64,000 bases of DNA from positions 127,288,001 through 127,352,000 of the forward strand of contig NC_058368.1 in NCBI RefSeq assembly GCF_018350175.1, written 5' to 3'. How positions within the stretch are numbered: the first letter of the stretch is position 1; each line of letters begins with the position of its first letter. This DNA is from Felis catus. Its lineage: Eukaryota. This document shows, piece after piece, positions 51,235-64,000 of this stretch. The translations under genes were made by a program, and so were the position numbers. The notes below the pieces were generated by a model. It worked only from the letters and a program-made list of their open reading frames with translations. It was not told the DNA's origin and searched no databases.

Positions 51235-52328
51235 TTCAGCTGCAGCAATTTCCTACTTGACACATCTCCAAAGGCAAGGGAATTAAAAGCAAAAATGAAC
51301 TATTGGGACCTCATGAAGATAAAAAGCTTCTGCACTGCAAAGGAAACAATCAACAAAACTAAATGGCAATTGACCCAATGGGAAAAGATATTTTCAAATG
51401 ACATATTGGATAAAGGGCTAGTATCCAGAATCTATAAAGAACTCACCAAACTCCACACCCAAAACAACAAATAATCCAGTGAAGAAATGGGCAGAAGATA
51501 TGAATAGACACTTCTCTCAAGAAGACATCCAGATGGCCAACAGGCACATGGAATGATGCTCAACGTCACTCCTTAACAGGGAAATACAAATCAAAACCAC
51601 GCTGAGATACGACCTCACACCAGTCAGAGTGGCTAAAATAAACAAATCAAGAGACTATAGATGCTGGAGAGAGGATGTGGAGAAACGGGAACCCTCTTGC
51701 ACTCTTGGTGGGAAAGCAAACTGGTGCAGCCACTCTGGAAAACAGTGTGGAGGTTCCTCAAAAATAATTAAAAATAGATCTACCCTATGACCCAGCAATA
51801 GCACTGCTAGGAATTTACCCAAGGGATACAGGAGTGCTGATGCAGAGGGGCACTTGTACCCCATTTTTTATAGCAGCACTTTCAACAATAGCCAAATTAA
51901 TGAAAGAGCCTAAATGTCCATGAACTGATGAATGGATAAAGAAGATGTGGTTTATATACACAATGGAATACTACTTGGCAATGAGAAAGAATGAAATCTG
52001 GTCATTTGTAGCAACATGGATGGAACTGGAGAGTAAGTGAAATAAGCCAGGCAGAGAAACACAGACACCATATGTTTTCACTCATATGCGGATCCTGAGA
52101 AACTTAACAGAAGACCAGCGGGGAGGGGAAGGGGTAAAAACGTTACAGAGAGGGAAGGAGGCAAACCATAAGAGACTCTTAAATACTGAAAACAAGCTGA
52201 GGGTTGATGGGGGTGGGGGAGAGGGGAAACGTGATGGGCATTGAGGAGGGCACCTGCTGGGATGAGCACTGGGTGTTGTATGGAAACCAATTTGACAATA
52301 AATTATACATTAAAAAAATAAAATAAAA
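51235..52328 (+). mobile_element. 5'-truncated felid/carnivore L1 (ORF2 3' part plus 3' UTR)
   Basis: ORF2 peptide [29 protein letters not shown]; frameshifted; TSD taaaatccagagtcta at 51219-51234 and 52329-52344. Confidence 0.97.
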
Positions 52329-52589
52329 TAAAATCCAGAGTCTAGCACCACTGCTTGATAGAGGTTGGGAAACGGTTACAAATTACCAAGGAACCCCCTT
52401 TTGCTGGTGGCCTGATAAACTTTTATTTTTTCCCCCCACGAGGATCTAGAACTGCTTTTAGCAGCCTTGAAAACTGTTTGGAACTGAATTAATGAATTCA
52501 ATTCAAGACTGAAGGAATGAATCAGGGATTAAAATGAATGTTTTTTTTTTCTTTATCATTACTTTCATTGTTCAATAGACACAAATTAA

Positions 52590-52760
52590 TGACCTGTAGC
52601 TTCTTCATTTTACTAGCTGTGTGACTGAGCAAGTTGTGGAACCTCTATGCATCCCAGTTTCTAAATCAATAAAATGCTGGCAATAATAAAATGTATCTCA
52701 AAATATTATCATAAGGAATGAATTAAATATAAAGAGCGTAAGAATAAGAAGGTATACACT
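52590..52760 (+). mobile_element. MIR fragment
   Basis: tttactagctgtgtgactgagcaagttgtggaacctctatgcatcccagtttc. Confidence 0.7.
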
Positions 52761-53219
52761 TAATTCACTTTATAATGATATTTTTTAAAAAGAGAAATCA
52801 GCAAGGATTGAATATAGTTAGTCAAAATCACAAAGGCAGGTTAAAAATTCTAAACCGAATATTAGCAAATAAAGCAGCAATAAATACATATTTATATTTA
52901 TATATATATGTATGTATACACATGTATAGAAATGATATGTATAGGTATGCATGAATAATATGGAAAACTATAAACATCACAAGTTCCAATCATTTATGAC
53001 ACTGATAGATTAAAGGAAAAAAAATAAACATATCTCCATAAATGCTGAAAATCCCTTGGCAAAATTCAACAACCATTCATAATAAAACATTATAGCAATT
53101 TTGGAAGAGAAGAATATTTCCAAAACTGGAGAAATGTAGAAGGAAAGTATGCCTTTCAAACTTAGAAACAAGACAATAATGATTGCTATCTCTATTTCTA
53201 TTTAACAATTTCTCAATGT

Positions 53220-53375
53220 CTAGTATCTCCAACCAGCACCATCATCATCATCACCTGGGAGCATGTTAGAAATGCAGACCCTTGGGCCTGAACCCACTAC
53301 TAAACCAGGATCTTCATTTTCATATGTTCTCCAGATGGCTTACAAGGCATTTTAAAGTTTTAGAAGTACTGGCCT
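53220..53375 (+). mobile_element. MER5A-like MITE
   Basis: catcacctgggagcatgttagaaatgcagacccttgggcc...aagttttagaagtactgg. Confidence 0.8.
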
Positions 53376-53770
53376 AATTGGGGTAACAAGACATCTTTTT
53401 ACAAATGGCATAAAATATAGAGTATAAAAATTAGAATGCAAGAAACAAATCCTTTTTATTATTCACAGATGATCTGACTGTCTATGTAGAATACTTAAAA
53501 GAATTAGAAGAAAAATGATTAAAAGTATAGCAAAATTTAAGGAATTTTCTGGATATTTGGAAAATACAAAAAATTATGTATTTGCATATAGTTGCAGAAA
53601 GCACTTAGAAAATGAATTTTGAAAACTGTTGCCATTTTGCAATGACAACAGAAGGTATTCAGTACAAATGAATAAAAGATTCACAACCTCTTTAGAGCAA
53701 AACTATAAAACTTACTGAAAAACACTAAAAAAGAACCGATGGGAAATATGCTGAAATCACACATAGTTCT

Positions 53771-54028
53771 GGGGGTGCCTGGGTGGCTCAGTTTGGGGGT
53801 TCCTGAGATGCCTAGGTGGTGCCTGGATGGCTTAGTTTGTCGAGTGTCTAACTCTTGACTTCAGCTCAGGTCATGCTCTCATGGTTCATGAGTTTGAGTC
53901 CAGAGTTGGGCTCTGCACTAACAGCTCAGAGCCTGCTTGGGATTTTCTCTCTCCTCTCTCTCTGTCCATCAACCGCTCTCTTGCTCTTGTTCTCTCTCTC
54001 AAAATAAATAAACATTAAAAAAAAGAAA
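53771..54028 (+). mobile_element. CAN-SINE with reiterated 5' head
   Basis: gggggtgcctgggtggctcagttt gggggttcctga gatgcctaggt ggtgcctggatggcttagtttg, then a normal body. Confidence 0.9.
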
Positions 54029-54749
54029 TGGGGTGTCCTGAATACATCATTTTTTTTCTTAAATTGATCTACAGATTCATTGAATTTCAAGCAATACCAT
54101 AGTAGTTGACTACAGGGGATTTAATAAACTGATTCAAAAATGTTTTACGAAGGTCATAGAGGGAAAGAACAGCCAACACATAACTGAAGAAAAACAAAAT
54201 TAAGCAGGGGGCATTCTTTACCTGATATTCGTTATCACAATCTTGTAGAAATTAGGGCCATGGGGATTTGGAACAGAGAGACAGAGAGGAAAAAAAAGGC
54301 AAATGAAACAGAATAGAAACCCCAGAAAGAAGGCAGCAGAGTTAAGAAACTCAATACATGTCAGAGGTAGCACTACTAGTCGTAGGAAGTGAGGGAGTAG
54401 TCAATCAATGGTTTGACATGTAGAAAATGAACATAAAATTAGATTCCTTCTCACACCATATGCAAGATTCCATTCAATATGTCTAATGACTTCAATGTAA
54501 AAGGCAGAACTTGAAAAGTTTTTATGAGAAATTCCTGCCAAAAAAGAAAACTCCTACTTCTAAAAAGCCTCCAACAGTGACTTACTGAGAGAAGATATTA
54601 CCAGCACTTACCATCAACAAGGAATTGCAGACTATATAAAGAATCCTAAAAATTGATCAGAAAAAGACAGCCCAGGAGAAAAATTGGCAAAAGACTTGTG
54701 TAGAAATCTTATGGAAGAGGAAACATGAATGACTAATAATATGCTTTTA

Positions 54750-54783
54750 TTACTTATTTATTTATTTTACTGTTTGTTTATTT

Positions 54784-54832
<49 letters not shown>

Positions 54833-55001
54833 TACGAGCAGGGGAGGGGCAGAGAGAGAGAGGGAGACACAGAATCCGAAGCAGGCTCCAGGCTCTGGGC
54901 TCTCAGCTCAGAGCCTGACGCAAGTCTTGAACCCACAAGCTGTGGGACCATGACCTGAGCCAAAGTCAGTAGCTTAACAGACTGAGCCACCCAGGCGCCC
55001 C
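54750..55001 (-). mobile_element. CAN-SINE
   Basis: TSD aataatat(g/a)ctttta at 54735-54749 and 55002-55016. Confidence 0.96.
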
Positions 55002-55749
55002 AATAATATACTTTTAAATGCTCAAGTTTATTAATTATCAGGGAAACTAAAATTAATACCACAATTAATTTCATTTTATAACTACTAGTTTGAAAGAATA
55101 TTTAAGTCTGACAAAAAAAGAAATACTTAAGAGTGCTTTGACAAATTGCATATGACCACATGCCACTTGCTCTAACACTCACTGAGAATCTCTAAATGCT
55201 ACACACACGTATACACACGTACACACACACAGTCATTCAAGGTTAAAATCTGGTAGCATTTCCTAAGTCCCTTAAAAATTATTGTGTGTTGATTTTTCAT
55301 CTAAAATTTTAATCTCCTTTTCATTGTGTGAAGTTAGTTGTTACTGAGAAGTGAGAAAAAATACTTTCTTCATTTAATACTTTTCATTTGTTTATAAAGG
55401 GAAAAACTGTTAACCACAGAGTTTTCTTATTTTAATATTACATCAATTAAAAGTATTTTACAGAAAAGGCATTTCACTTCCATTTTACCAGTCTATATTT
55501 ATAAAGTTCTTTAATGTTGTAGAAAATGCACTGATGCTGTTTGAAAATCTCTTTTTGTAAAAGAAGAATACCAGGATTTTAATGTCAATCACAATCAACC
55601 TTCTGATTGCAAATGCCATCAAGAAAAGCAGATCAAGTTGACTATTTTTACAGATCAAATGCTCACCCTCCAAACTGTGTTTTAGGCGCTGGGACTCATT
55701 TGGAGTGGTTTTAGGTACTTGGACCACGTTTTCCTGAGGGACTGAGCAG

Positions 55750-55945
55750 CATTCAAATACTTACCAGTTGTATGACCTTGGGTAAGTAACTGTGTCTTCT
55801 AAGTTTTGATTCCTCATGGGTTAAATGAGGCTTACTGGAGCACCTACCTCTTAGGGTTATGTCATTTATAGGAGTTAAAACACACAAAGTGCTCAAGCAG
55901 TTCCTGGAACAGCAAGTGATCTATGTGTGTTAGCTATTGTTACTC
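55750..55945 (+). mobile_element. MIR
   Basis: cttaccagttgtatgaccttgggtaagtaac...ttcctcatgggttaaatgagg...cacctacctcttagggtt...gttagctatt. Confidence 0.8.
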
Positions 55946-57339
55946 ACACTATTCACATTTAATAATAGATCATGCTGCAGAAAATGTCACAAAAACAATT
56001 GTCATGTCAGGCAATCTAAGTGGCTTTTACTCTTGATAGTATTTTCTACTTAAAAGTTTCCAGTAAATATATAATGCTAACCCCATTTAAAATAGTAAAA
56101 CAGTTCAACAAGATCTTCCTGTGACAACTGGCATATCTAAATATATTAAAGAAATTAACTTTGGTTTCCTACTTCCACTAATATTTCCATGAATGGCATC
56201 CTATTCTGGTCAGTATTTTTAGCAGATGTTCTCAAGCATTCAAATTAGATGTGCTGGAATTTGGCCCCGATTATCTCATGATTTTGCCCTAGGGATTAAT
56301 TTCTCTTATCAGATTAAATATGCGTATTATTTTTACTAGTGGCAAAATAGTGATTTCAGTTTTTCAAGATGAAATAATGTTTGCTCTCTGTTATGATTCT
56401 TTAACTTAAAAAATATGTAATCATAAAGCATGTCTAGGTGCTTTGGCAATCTGGACACTCTAACCCCAACCTTTATTGTACAGGTGAGTCATGATGAAAA
56501 TAACAAATGTCTATTATTAGTTGTCTGTTATATCACTCATAAGTATGTGCAATGTGGTGGTTGCTTCAAAAGAGGGGGAGCAGGTCATAACTACTCAAAT
56601 CAAGGATCTTAGGACAGAACTAAAAGACCCCAAACAACGGTGACCCATACCAAATAGTTTCAGGTCAACCTAGGATAGTGTACAGGAGTCTAATAAAAAA
56701 AAAAATAAGAAAAAGAGTTGAGGGGGGCAATAGTCAAGGAAGGTTTCATGGATGAGGTGGGAATTGCAATAGACCTTGAAGAAAAGCAGAATTTTTGAAG
56801 GTCAGTTACCCCTGACGTCAGGCATTAGACTACTAACTTCGTATTTTGTCATATCCACATTTCTTCATGATTTTTGGTGTGTCTGAGTTTCCCCAGGCCA
56901 TTATTTATTTTTAAAATTCTGAAACAAAAAAAAAGTGTTTTGAAAATCCTATATATTTCTATCTGCAGGGAAACTTTATAGTACTCTCACAAATGGAAAG
57001 TCAATATCTTTTGCCATATAAAAAGGACAGTATTTGAAAATAAGTGCAATGTAAACAGAACAACCATATTAGCTTCTATACGGAAAATACTGTTTTCCAA
57101 AGGCTCTCACCTAGAGGCCAGTTTTGTCTTTGTTTAAAAGAGATATTAAGCAGATATTGAGAAGTGTTAGAGACGGTAACACTAACATGAGGCTTTTTCC
57201 AGTCCTTTCTTCCTCCCTATCATCCTTCTTCCTTCCCTCTCTTCTTTCCAACTTCCTCCTTCTCCCCTTCCCTTTCTTTTTCTGTCCTCCCTTTCCATTT
57301 TTCCTTCCTCCCACTCTTCCTCCCTCCCTCAACCCTTCC

Positions 57340-57391
57340 TTTCACATTTACTGAGCACATATTATTATTATTTTTTAAAATCTTTATCTTT

Positions 57392-57450
<59 letters not shown>

Positions 57451-58330
57451 CAAGAGAGCAGGGGAGGAACAGAGAGAGAGAGGGAGACACAGAATCCAAA
57501 GCAGGCTCCAGGCTCTGAGCTTCCAGCACAGAGCCCGACATGGGGCTCAACCTCAGGGACTGCGAGTTCATGACCCGAGCTTAACCAGAAGCTTAACTAC
57601 CTGGCCACCCAGAAACCCTTACTAAGCACATACTATGTGCCACGTACCATTCTGGGCACCAGAGGTGCAATGGGAAGAAACAGATAAAAGTCCTTGCCTT
57701 CACTGAGCTTATATTTTCACTGGAGGAGGATAGTCAGCAAATAAAGTAACTACAAAAGGTATAGTAGATCATAGGTATTGTGAAGAAAAACAGAACAGAA
57801 GTTTGAGGGTGACAGAAATAGTGTGGACAGGGAAGAATTCACTGTAAAAGTGACAAATAAGCAGGGATCTGAAGGACAAGATGGAACCAGCCATGGAAAT
57901 AGGTAAAGGAAAGGATTACCCAGCAGAGGAACAATAAGTGCAAAGACTGTGGTGCAGAATACACCTGGTATGTTCAAGGAACAGCAATGAAGACAGTCGT
58001 GGAAGCAAGAAGTATGGGGAGAGGGCCTGAGAAGAGTTTGGGTCCCTGGGAGGTGGATGGCAGAGATCAGATCACACACAATTTTAAAAGACCCCAAAAG
58101 AATGTTGAATTCGATTCTAAATGATATTGAAAACCACTGGATTTCTTTGAGCAGAAAGCAAGACAATATAACCTACCTACCTGTTTTGTAGAATAATTCC
58201 ACTTTGTAGAGGCTGGACTGGAGGGAGCAAAAATCTAAGGAAGGAAATTGGTTGGGGCGGTGGGGAGGGGTTGCAATAATCTAACAGAGAGATGACAGAT
58301 ACTGAGTCCTGGGGGAAGCACTGGAAACAG
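57340..58330 (-). mobile_element. L2 (L2a-like) remnant split by a SINE
   Basis: catttactgagcac[SINE]atactatgtgcc...aagtccttgccttcactgagcttatattt...gtgcaaagactgtgg...tgttcaaggaacagcaa...ttttgagcag-like motifs. Confidence 0.85.
57366..57618 (-). mobile_element. CAN-SINE
   Basis: TSD ttact(g/a)agcacata(t/c)tat at 57348-57365 and 57619-57636. Confidence 0.94.
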
Positions 58331-58977
58331 TCAGAAATATTAGATTTGTGTGGCAAAGGGAACCCATTCTCTTGCTCCCTTCCCCCTATATAAGAAAAGC
58401 AATCTCTATTTCAGCATTTATGTATTTACAGGTATATTTTCCCTGTCCCATCACTGTTACCAGGGACCAGCAATCATGCCTTGCTCATCTGTAATCCTTA
58501 GTGCTGACCACAGTGCCTCACAAAGGTGTTTAAAAGGTTTGTAGAATTGAATTCCAAATGAGTGAAATAATGAAAGGCACAGAAGCAAGAAGGGTCACAG
58601 TAGGTATCTGGGACCAGACCTACATGGAAGAGGAGAGAGAGCATGAACACTGGGGAGAAGTGACTCTCAGGGAAACTGAAGCCCATAGGAATGCATTTTC
58701 CACAAAAGAAGGAGAGCTAAGTGCAGCATAAGAGAAAAGTAGATTTAAAATGATAGGAAAGAGGGACAGTTTCAGGGAAAGTTGCATTCAAAGAAAAATG
58801 TAATATGGGTAAGGAGGCATAAAAGGGTGCAGGATTTACTACACAGCTTTTCTTTTTAAGCCAGTAAAACCCTTCTAAATCCTAACGTTCACTGAGTAAT
58901 TCACTAAATAATGTCAATATTTTTTATTATTTTGCTGACTTTTAGGAGAGGAAAAAGAAGCACTCATAACCAATGAA

Positions 58978-58983
58978 GTGTGT

Positions 58984-59013
<30 letters not shown>
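58978..59013. repeat. (TG)n microsatellite
   Basis: Seen directly. Confidence 0.92.
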
Positions 59014-59014
<1 letters not shown>

Positions 59015-59489
59015 CACGCGCACATGTGTGCACTTTCAAACACTGGCGTGGAATTTCTCCTTTAGTATCCAAGTCTGAGGTTTACAGGTATGCTGGCATC
59101 ATGAGGTTCACCAAGGTTAACCTTGAGGAGTATTTCAAGGGATCCAAAGGAACAATAGGGGATCATACCTACAAAAATCTCCACTGCAAAATAAAACTAA
59201 TGGGAACTAAGTGGGGAAGGGACAGCAATAGTGAATGACGTGCAGCAAAGATTGAAGAAAGAGGAAGTGAGGCATGGGAATCAGGAGGAAGGATGGCTGG
59301 AGGGAACACGAGGTACCTTGACTTTACATAAGTGCATTCCTGAGGCTTAGTCAGAGAGATGTGGTCGACACTACATAAGGAAACCAAGTCAGAGTAAAAG
59401 GAGAGATACATAGAGACTGTAGCATGGGGAACCCAAGTCTGGCATGGAGGAGGATGGGGCCAACAATCATTTTACAGGTAAAAGACAAT

Positions 59490-59930
59490 GGTTTCAGTTT
59501 CCTAATCCAGGCCATCCTCATCCCCTGCCTTTCCTATAGACATGATGTCCTAATTGGCCTTGCGCATCTACACTTGCCCCCTACATGCCATCCTTCACCA
59601 GCCAACCACAATGGCCGTGAGTGATCCTTCACTAAATACAAACTCTGTATAATCTGGCTCTCCCTCATTTCCTAACAATTCTACCTTTTCCTACTCCCCA
59701 ACTCCCCTAATTACATAACTTCCTGATAAATTTTAGAAAAGTTACCTGTCCTAACGTCATCCCTCTGTCTCTTCCCCACACACCTCTACACTTACGTTTA
59801 TGTTCTCTACTTACTTGATCCTGAGGTTCCCCCCTGCCGCCATCTCTGTTATAATATTTGATTCACTTATAATTCCACATCTGTCTTCCCCAGAAGGTAG
59901 AAAAGTAAGCACTTAAATGTTTGTTAACCA
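59490..59930 (+). mobile_element. L2 remnant
   Basis: cctaatccaggccatcctcatcccctgcc...cctaattggcctt...gagtgatccttcactaaatacaaact...aaatgtttgtt. Confidence 0.55.
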
Positions 59931-61236
59931 TTGAAGACTGAATGTTGACTATTGATGAACATGAAGATATGAGGACAGTAGCTGATCATTTATTGAGAAT
60001 GTAAAAGGTTTTTATATTCATTTACATTTCAGATAAGGTGCAGCTGGCTCTCAGATATATTAAAAAGAGTGCTGAATGAATAGAAACAAGCTTTCACTGA
60101 GACTGAAAAAAAAAAAAGGAAGCTCCGGTTTGGGATCATTATAGAACATTGCATAACCTCCCATATTCACAAATTAAAACAAATAAATACAGGGTAATTT
60201 AACAAAATAAAGTTTGTGTAAAGTATGTTTGAGAATCAGTTTAGCTTCTTACAGGAAAAAAAATTAAAATTTAACTGGAATAGTCACTGTGTGGCAATCA
60301 TTTAAGTATTTGTTCTTGAACAGAGACTAAGTATGGAGAAATGTGAGAAAAATTAAATTTAAAAGGGCTTTTATTTGGAGTGTGTCTTAAAGCAAGTCCT
60401 ATGAGGCAAGGTCAACACTCATATATGTGTGCTCATGGGACTGGAGTGCACTTTATTCCCCTATAAACCCAAGTCTTAGATACAGTTGCTAGTTGCACAT
60501 AAACAGTTTCACTATTAACCGTTTTACACAAAGAGCAATCAAGTAGCAAGAGAGGGTGATTCCCCAGTCCTGAGTTACTTCCGGGTGTGTATCCGATATT
60601 TAATCTGCACATTAACTAACTCATTTAGGCTACCAGATTAATACTTAATGCACGGAAGCTATAATTTGAGAAGACTATTTTATCTTCAAGAGAACTGGAG
60701 AAATGGCCAAACAATTTTAGCACTTGCTCTTAGTAAAGTGTAAATTCTGGGCAAAAAACTTTATGGTTCAGTGAAGTAGCTTATGCCACTTGACATTAAC
60801 AATCTACAGGATGTGATTCTAAATGGCCTGTCATTCTCAGAGCATTGCACATAGAGAACTTTCTTAACTCACAGAAGGACTCCACTGCTATAGGGATGTA
60901 TTTCTGTTAACCTGAGTAAAAAAAATATCTTTAGAAAGGACAGGAAAGCTCAGGAGCAGAACACTGACTTTCCGACATTCATAAGGCATATGGTTTATAA
61001 ATATTTAGCCTTGAAAGAGAGCCTCTTCTATCATTGTCAATATGAATATTTATGAAGCGTCATCAGTAGGCTTAACTCTGTTCCTGTCCAGTCAGCTTAT
61101 AATTTAATTAGTCCTAAATGCAAATCCTCTAAATTGGGGTAGTTGGCTCTGAAATTGATGTCAATCAGTACCATTGTCAGTGGCTATCGTTTGACTCTTT
61201 TTCACTTCTTTTTCCCCCTTTCAACTTATTCATATA

Positions 61237-61239
<3 letters not shown>

Positions 61240-61277
<38 letters not shown>
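61240..61277. repeat. (CA)n microsatellite
   Basis: Seen directly. Confidence 0.95.
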
Positions 61278-61280
<3 letters not shown>

Positions 61281-61459
61281 CTCCCTCAATTTTATCTCAC
61301 TGAGAAGATGTAAAAATCAATGTGTACCTGTAAAGGCACAGATTTCGTAGTCAACGCAAAACTTTAAAATCCACAATACTGTTTTATACCTGAAAATTAT
61401 GAACATATTTTTGAATATTTATAGAGAATTTAGCACATATTTATACCGTTGTCAAATAT

Positions 61460-61688
61460 CAGGTTTTTTGTCTTGTTCTGTTTTTTAGACAGAGAGAGAG
61501 CATATTCATGTGAGCTGGAGAAAGCGGCAGAAGGACAGAGAAAGAGACAGACAGAGACAAAGAATCTTAAGCAAGCTCCATGCTCAGCATGGAGCCTGAC
61601 ACGGGACTCAATCCCAAAACCTTGGGACTATGACCTGAGCTGAAATCAAGAGTCAGATGCTCAACTGACTGAGCCACCCAGGTGCCTC
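61460..61688 (-). mobile_element. CAN-SINE (older)
   Basis: gaatcttaagcaagctcc...tgacctgagctgaaatcaagagtcagatgctcaactgactgagccacccaggtgcc; tcaaatat flanks. Confidence 0.92.
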
Positions 61689-63410
61689 TCAAATATTGTT
61701 GTCAACCATGAAAACATTCCTAGGATATTTATACTAACTGATTTCTACATAGAGTTTTCTGTTTCCATTTGAATTTCACACATCTGGATTCCCAACATAG
61801 TCTTGGAGAGCGCTCCGTATCTGTCCTGGTTCCTTGCACAATATTTCTTACAGGATTGGATGATCTACCACTCTGTTTTGTGTTACCTTCTCTGTCGAAA
61901 GACCTCAGCTGTATTACCACTTGTGTATAATCAGTTGTGTTACCATCCTAGAGGATCATTCACTAACACAGAAAGTAGAAAAAACTCTGCCCCTAATAAA
62001 ATGTACTAACTTTATTAAGCTGCTTCATTAAAAAAAAAAAAAAAAAAGCTACACTTGGCTTGAATAAAAACAAACTATTCTTGCAATCACAAACATTTTC
62101 ATTTTGAAGCACTATGAAAAATAGACGTGCAGCAAAAATTCCCTATCGTTCTTTTCTACATAGTGGAGTCTGTTGTCCTTGCTGAGGCACTGAGGTACTC
62201 ATCTCCTGATAAATGTGTTCCAGTAACGTCACAGGGCAAACAGTCCCACGGAAACTGACTACACAGCTTCAAAAAAGGATATGCCGCAGCCTGATATACA
62301 AACCACAATGAGGCAAGAAGGAGAAACTTCCTACCACTGTCAATATCAAAGAATGTTTCTTTTAAGCCCTCAAATCTCTAGCTGGTTCTTTGTAGACAGG
62401 CATCGATGACAGCTAAGGGACCAGGCAGGGGGAACACAAACTGACGCCTGCTGCTTGCTATCCTGTTAATGGTTTGATGCAAGGACATTGAAACTGAGAG
62501 CTATTATTAAAAAAGAAAGTATATGTTTTCTTCAGTGGACTTTTTTCTCTCCACGTTTATTTTAAAACTAGGGAAAGCTAAACATTTATTCGTTCTTCTT
62601 ATTTGTAATGGTTACTATTTCAGGAAGTTAGCTTATCTTGTTACCGAATACCACAGGAAATCTGCACGTAGATCAGCCTTTAAGATGACCACAAGAATGT
62701 TTTCACATTGCTTAATTTTATTTCTTAATTTTCCTTTTTTGTTATGTAGCCATTCCCCTATTGATACATATTTTATTCACTTCTATTTTTCACTAAGCAT
62801 GCTTTGGAGAAATTTTTAATTAAAAATCTTATATTTTTCTTCTTATGCCAAGATGAAAACTTATAAGAGAAAATACAGCAAAGCAAAAATGTGAATATTT
62901 AGAAGTGTCTACAATCCTACTTACTCTGAAATAATTCCTATATAGTTTGGTGGTGTGTGTTTGTATGAGTATGTTCATACCTTTTCCTTTACTGGGTACA
63001 AGCATAAGTGTAAATTTGAAAATTTAAGTATATGTAAGTAAATGCATGAACTTATAAAGTTTAGATGGTACTAAACATACTTCTTATAACATGCTGATTT
63101 TTAATCCTGTGAGGCTTCTTAGGTATCTAAAACAGTATCCATTTTCTAGCAATATAGTTATAAAATTTGCATTATTTTAACCCCCAAACTATATTGCAGT
63201 GGGCAAAGAAAAGCTTACTTTAAAGTTGTCCTCCTAATATCTGAGAGACCTAGCATAGATAAGGCTTGGTATACTTGATTTAAATGAGATAGAGTGAAAT
63301 CTAAGTTAAAATATTCAACTCTTTTTCACAAAGTAGAATCCAACCTATTTTTATTCCTTCAAAAATGTTACAAGGTTAATGAGTTAAGGTATTTCCAGCT
63401 GAAAGGGATA

Positions 63411-63648
63411 TATTTTTATTTTATTTTATTTTATTTTATTTTATTTTATTTTATTTTATTTTATTTATGTATTTTGAGAGGAAGAGAGCAGGGGAAGGAC
63501 AGAGACAGAGGGAGAGACAGAATCCCAAGCAGGTTCCATATCGTCCGTGTAAAGCCTGAAGTGGGGCTCAAACCTAAGGACCGTGAGACCATGACCTGAG
63601 CTGAAATCAAGAGTCAGACGCTTAACAGACTGAGCCACCCAGGAGCCT
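63411..63648 (-). mobile_element. CAN-SINE with (TTTTA)n tail
   Basis: TSD ctgaaagggata at 63399-63410 and 63649-63660. Confidence 0.95.
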
Positions 63649-63993
63649 CTGAAAGGGATAATTTTATGGTCTTCTAAATTTTACATAATTCCTCCTGTTT
63701 TGATTCTGCTGTCACAGACATTTAATTAGTAAGAGTCACTGCAGCAAGGGGTTTGTCTATAATTTGATTGAGTCACCCATTTCTGAGTCATCTACTTCTG
63801 ATTTGTTTTAAAATCAAACGTAAGATCAATCACCACGGGCTAGAAACCGAAAAGAATAAACCGATTATAGCTTTCTTTGATGCACATCTAACTTCATTTG
63901 AACCTTATGTTTTGCTAACAAAAGTTAGGGTTTCATTCATTAAAAGGCATTTCCTAAGCATCCATCTGGTATATCTGAAACACCAAGTCCCCA

Positions 63994-64000
63994 ACTCACC
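63994..64000 (-). other. Possible 5' splice donor G|GTGAGT at the window edge
   Basis: Final bases actcacc reverse-complement to ggtgagt; the exon itself would lie outside the window. Confidence 0.3.

Larger units (their letters stand above)
52790..55120 (+). mobile_element. Ancient L1M ORF2 remnant interrupted by MER5 and SINEs
   Basis: aaaattcaacaaccattcat, ttattcacagatgatctgactgtctatgtagaa, aaattgatctacagattca, aacagaatagaaaccccaga, tctcacaccatatgca. Confidence 0.8.

Noticed and set aside
57750..58166. Longest ORF in the track (138 aa)
   Set aside because: Lies within a decayed L2 remnant; no domain or splice-site support.
1..64000. Naming the host gene
   Set aside because: No exon peptide that I recognise; any symbol would be a guess.

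Overview
This is AT-rich mammalian genomic DNA from a felid, most likely the domestic cat lineage, judged from young SINEC_Fc copies and cat-type L1 3' ends. I cannot support any intact protein-coding exon, RNA gene or CRISPR-like array. The listed ORFs are SINE or microsatellite read-throughs, L1 ORF2 fragments or chance ORFs. The window is dominated by about 30 CAN-SINEs (many with clear target-site duplications, several nested), young and ancient L1 pieces, L2/MIR/MER5 relics, an MLT1B solo LTR and a carnivore ERV solo LTR inserted into a SINE. It looks like part of a very long intron of an unidentified minus-strand gene, with a G|GTGAGT donor at the right edge. Two signals stand out. (1) A textbook recursive-splice-site motif on the minus strand at 10293/10294: branch point, strong pyrimidine tract, then TAG|GTAAGT, followed by a possible 140-149 nt exon with stops in all three frames. 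(2) A decayed Ty3/Gypsy integrase fossil at about 15880-16905 that retains D(35)E spacing. Repeat subfamily names were recognised by eye, not by database search. I see no convincing evidence of a wholly new biological system.
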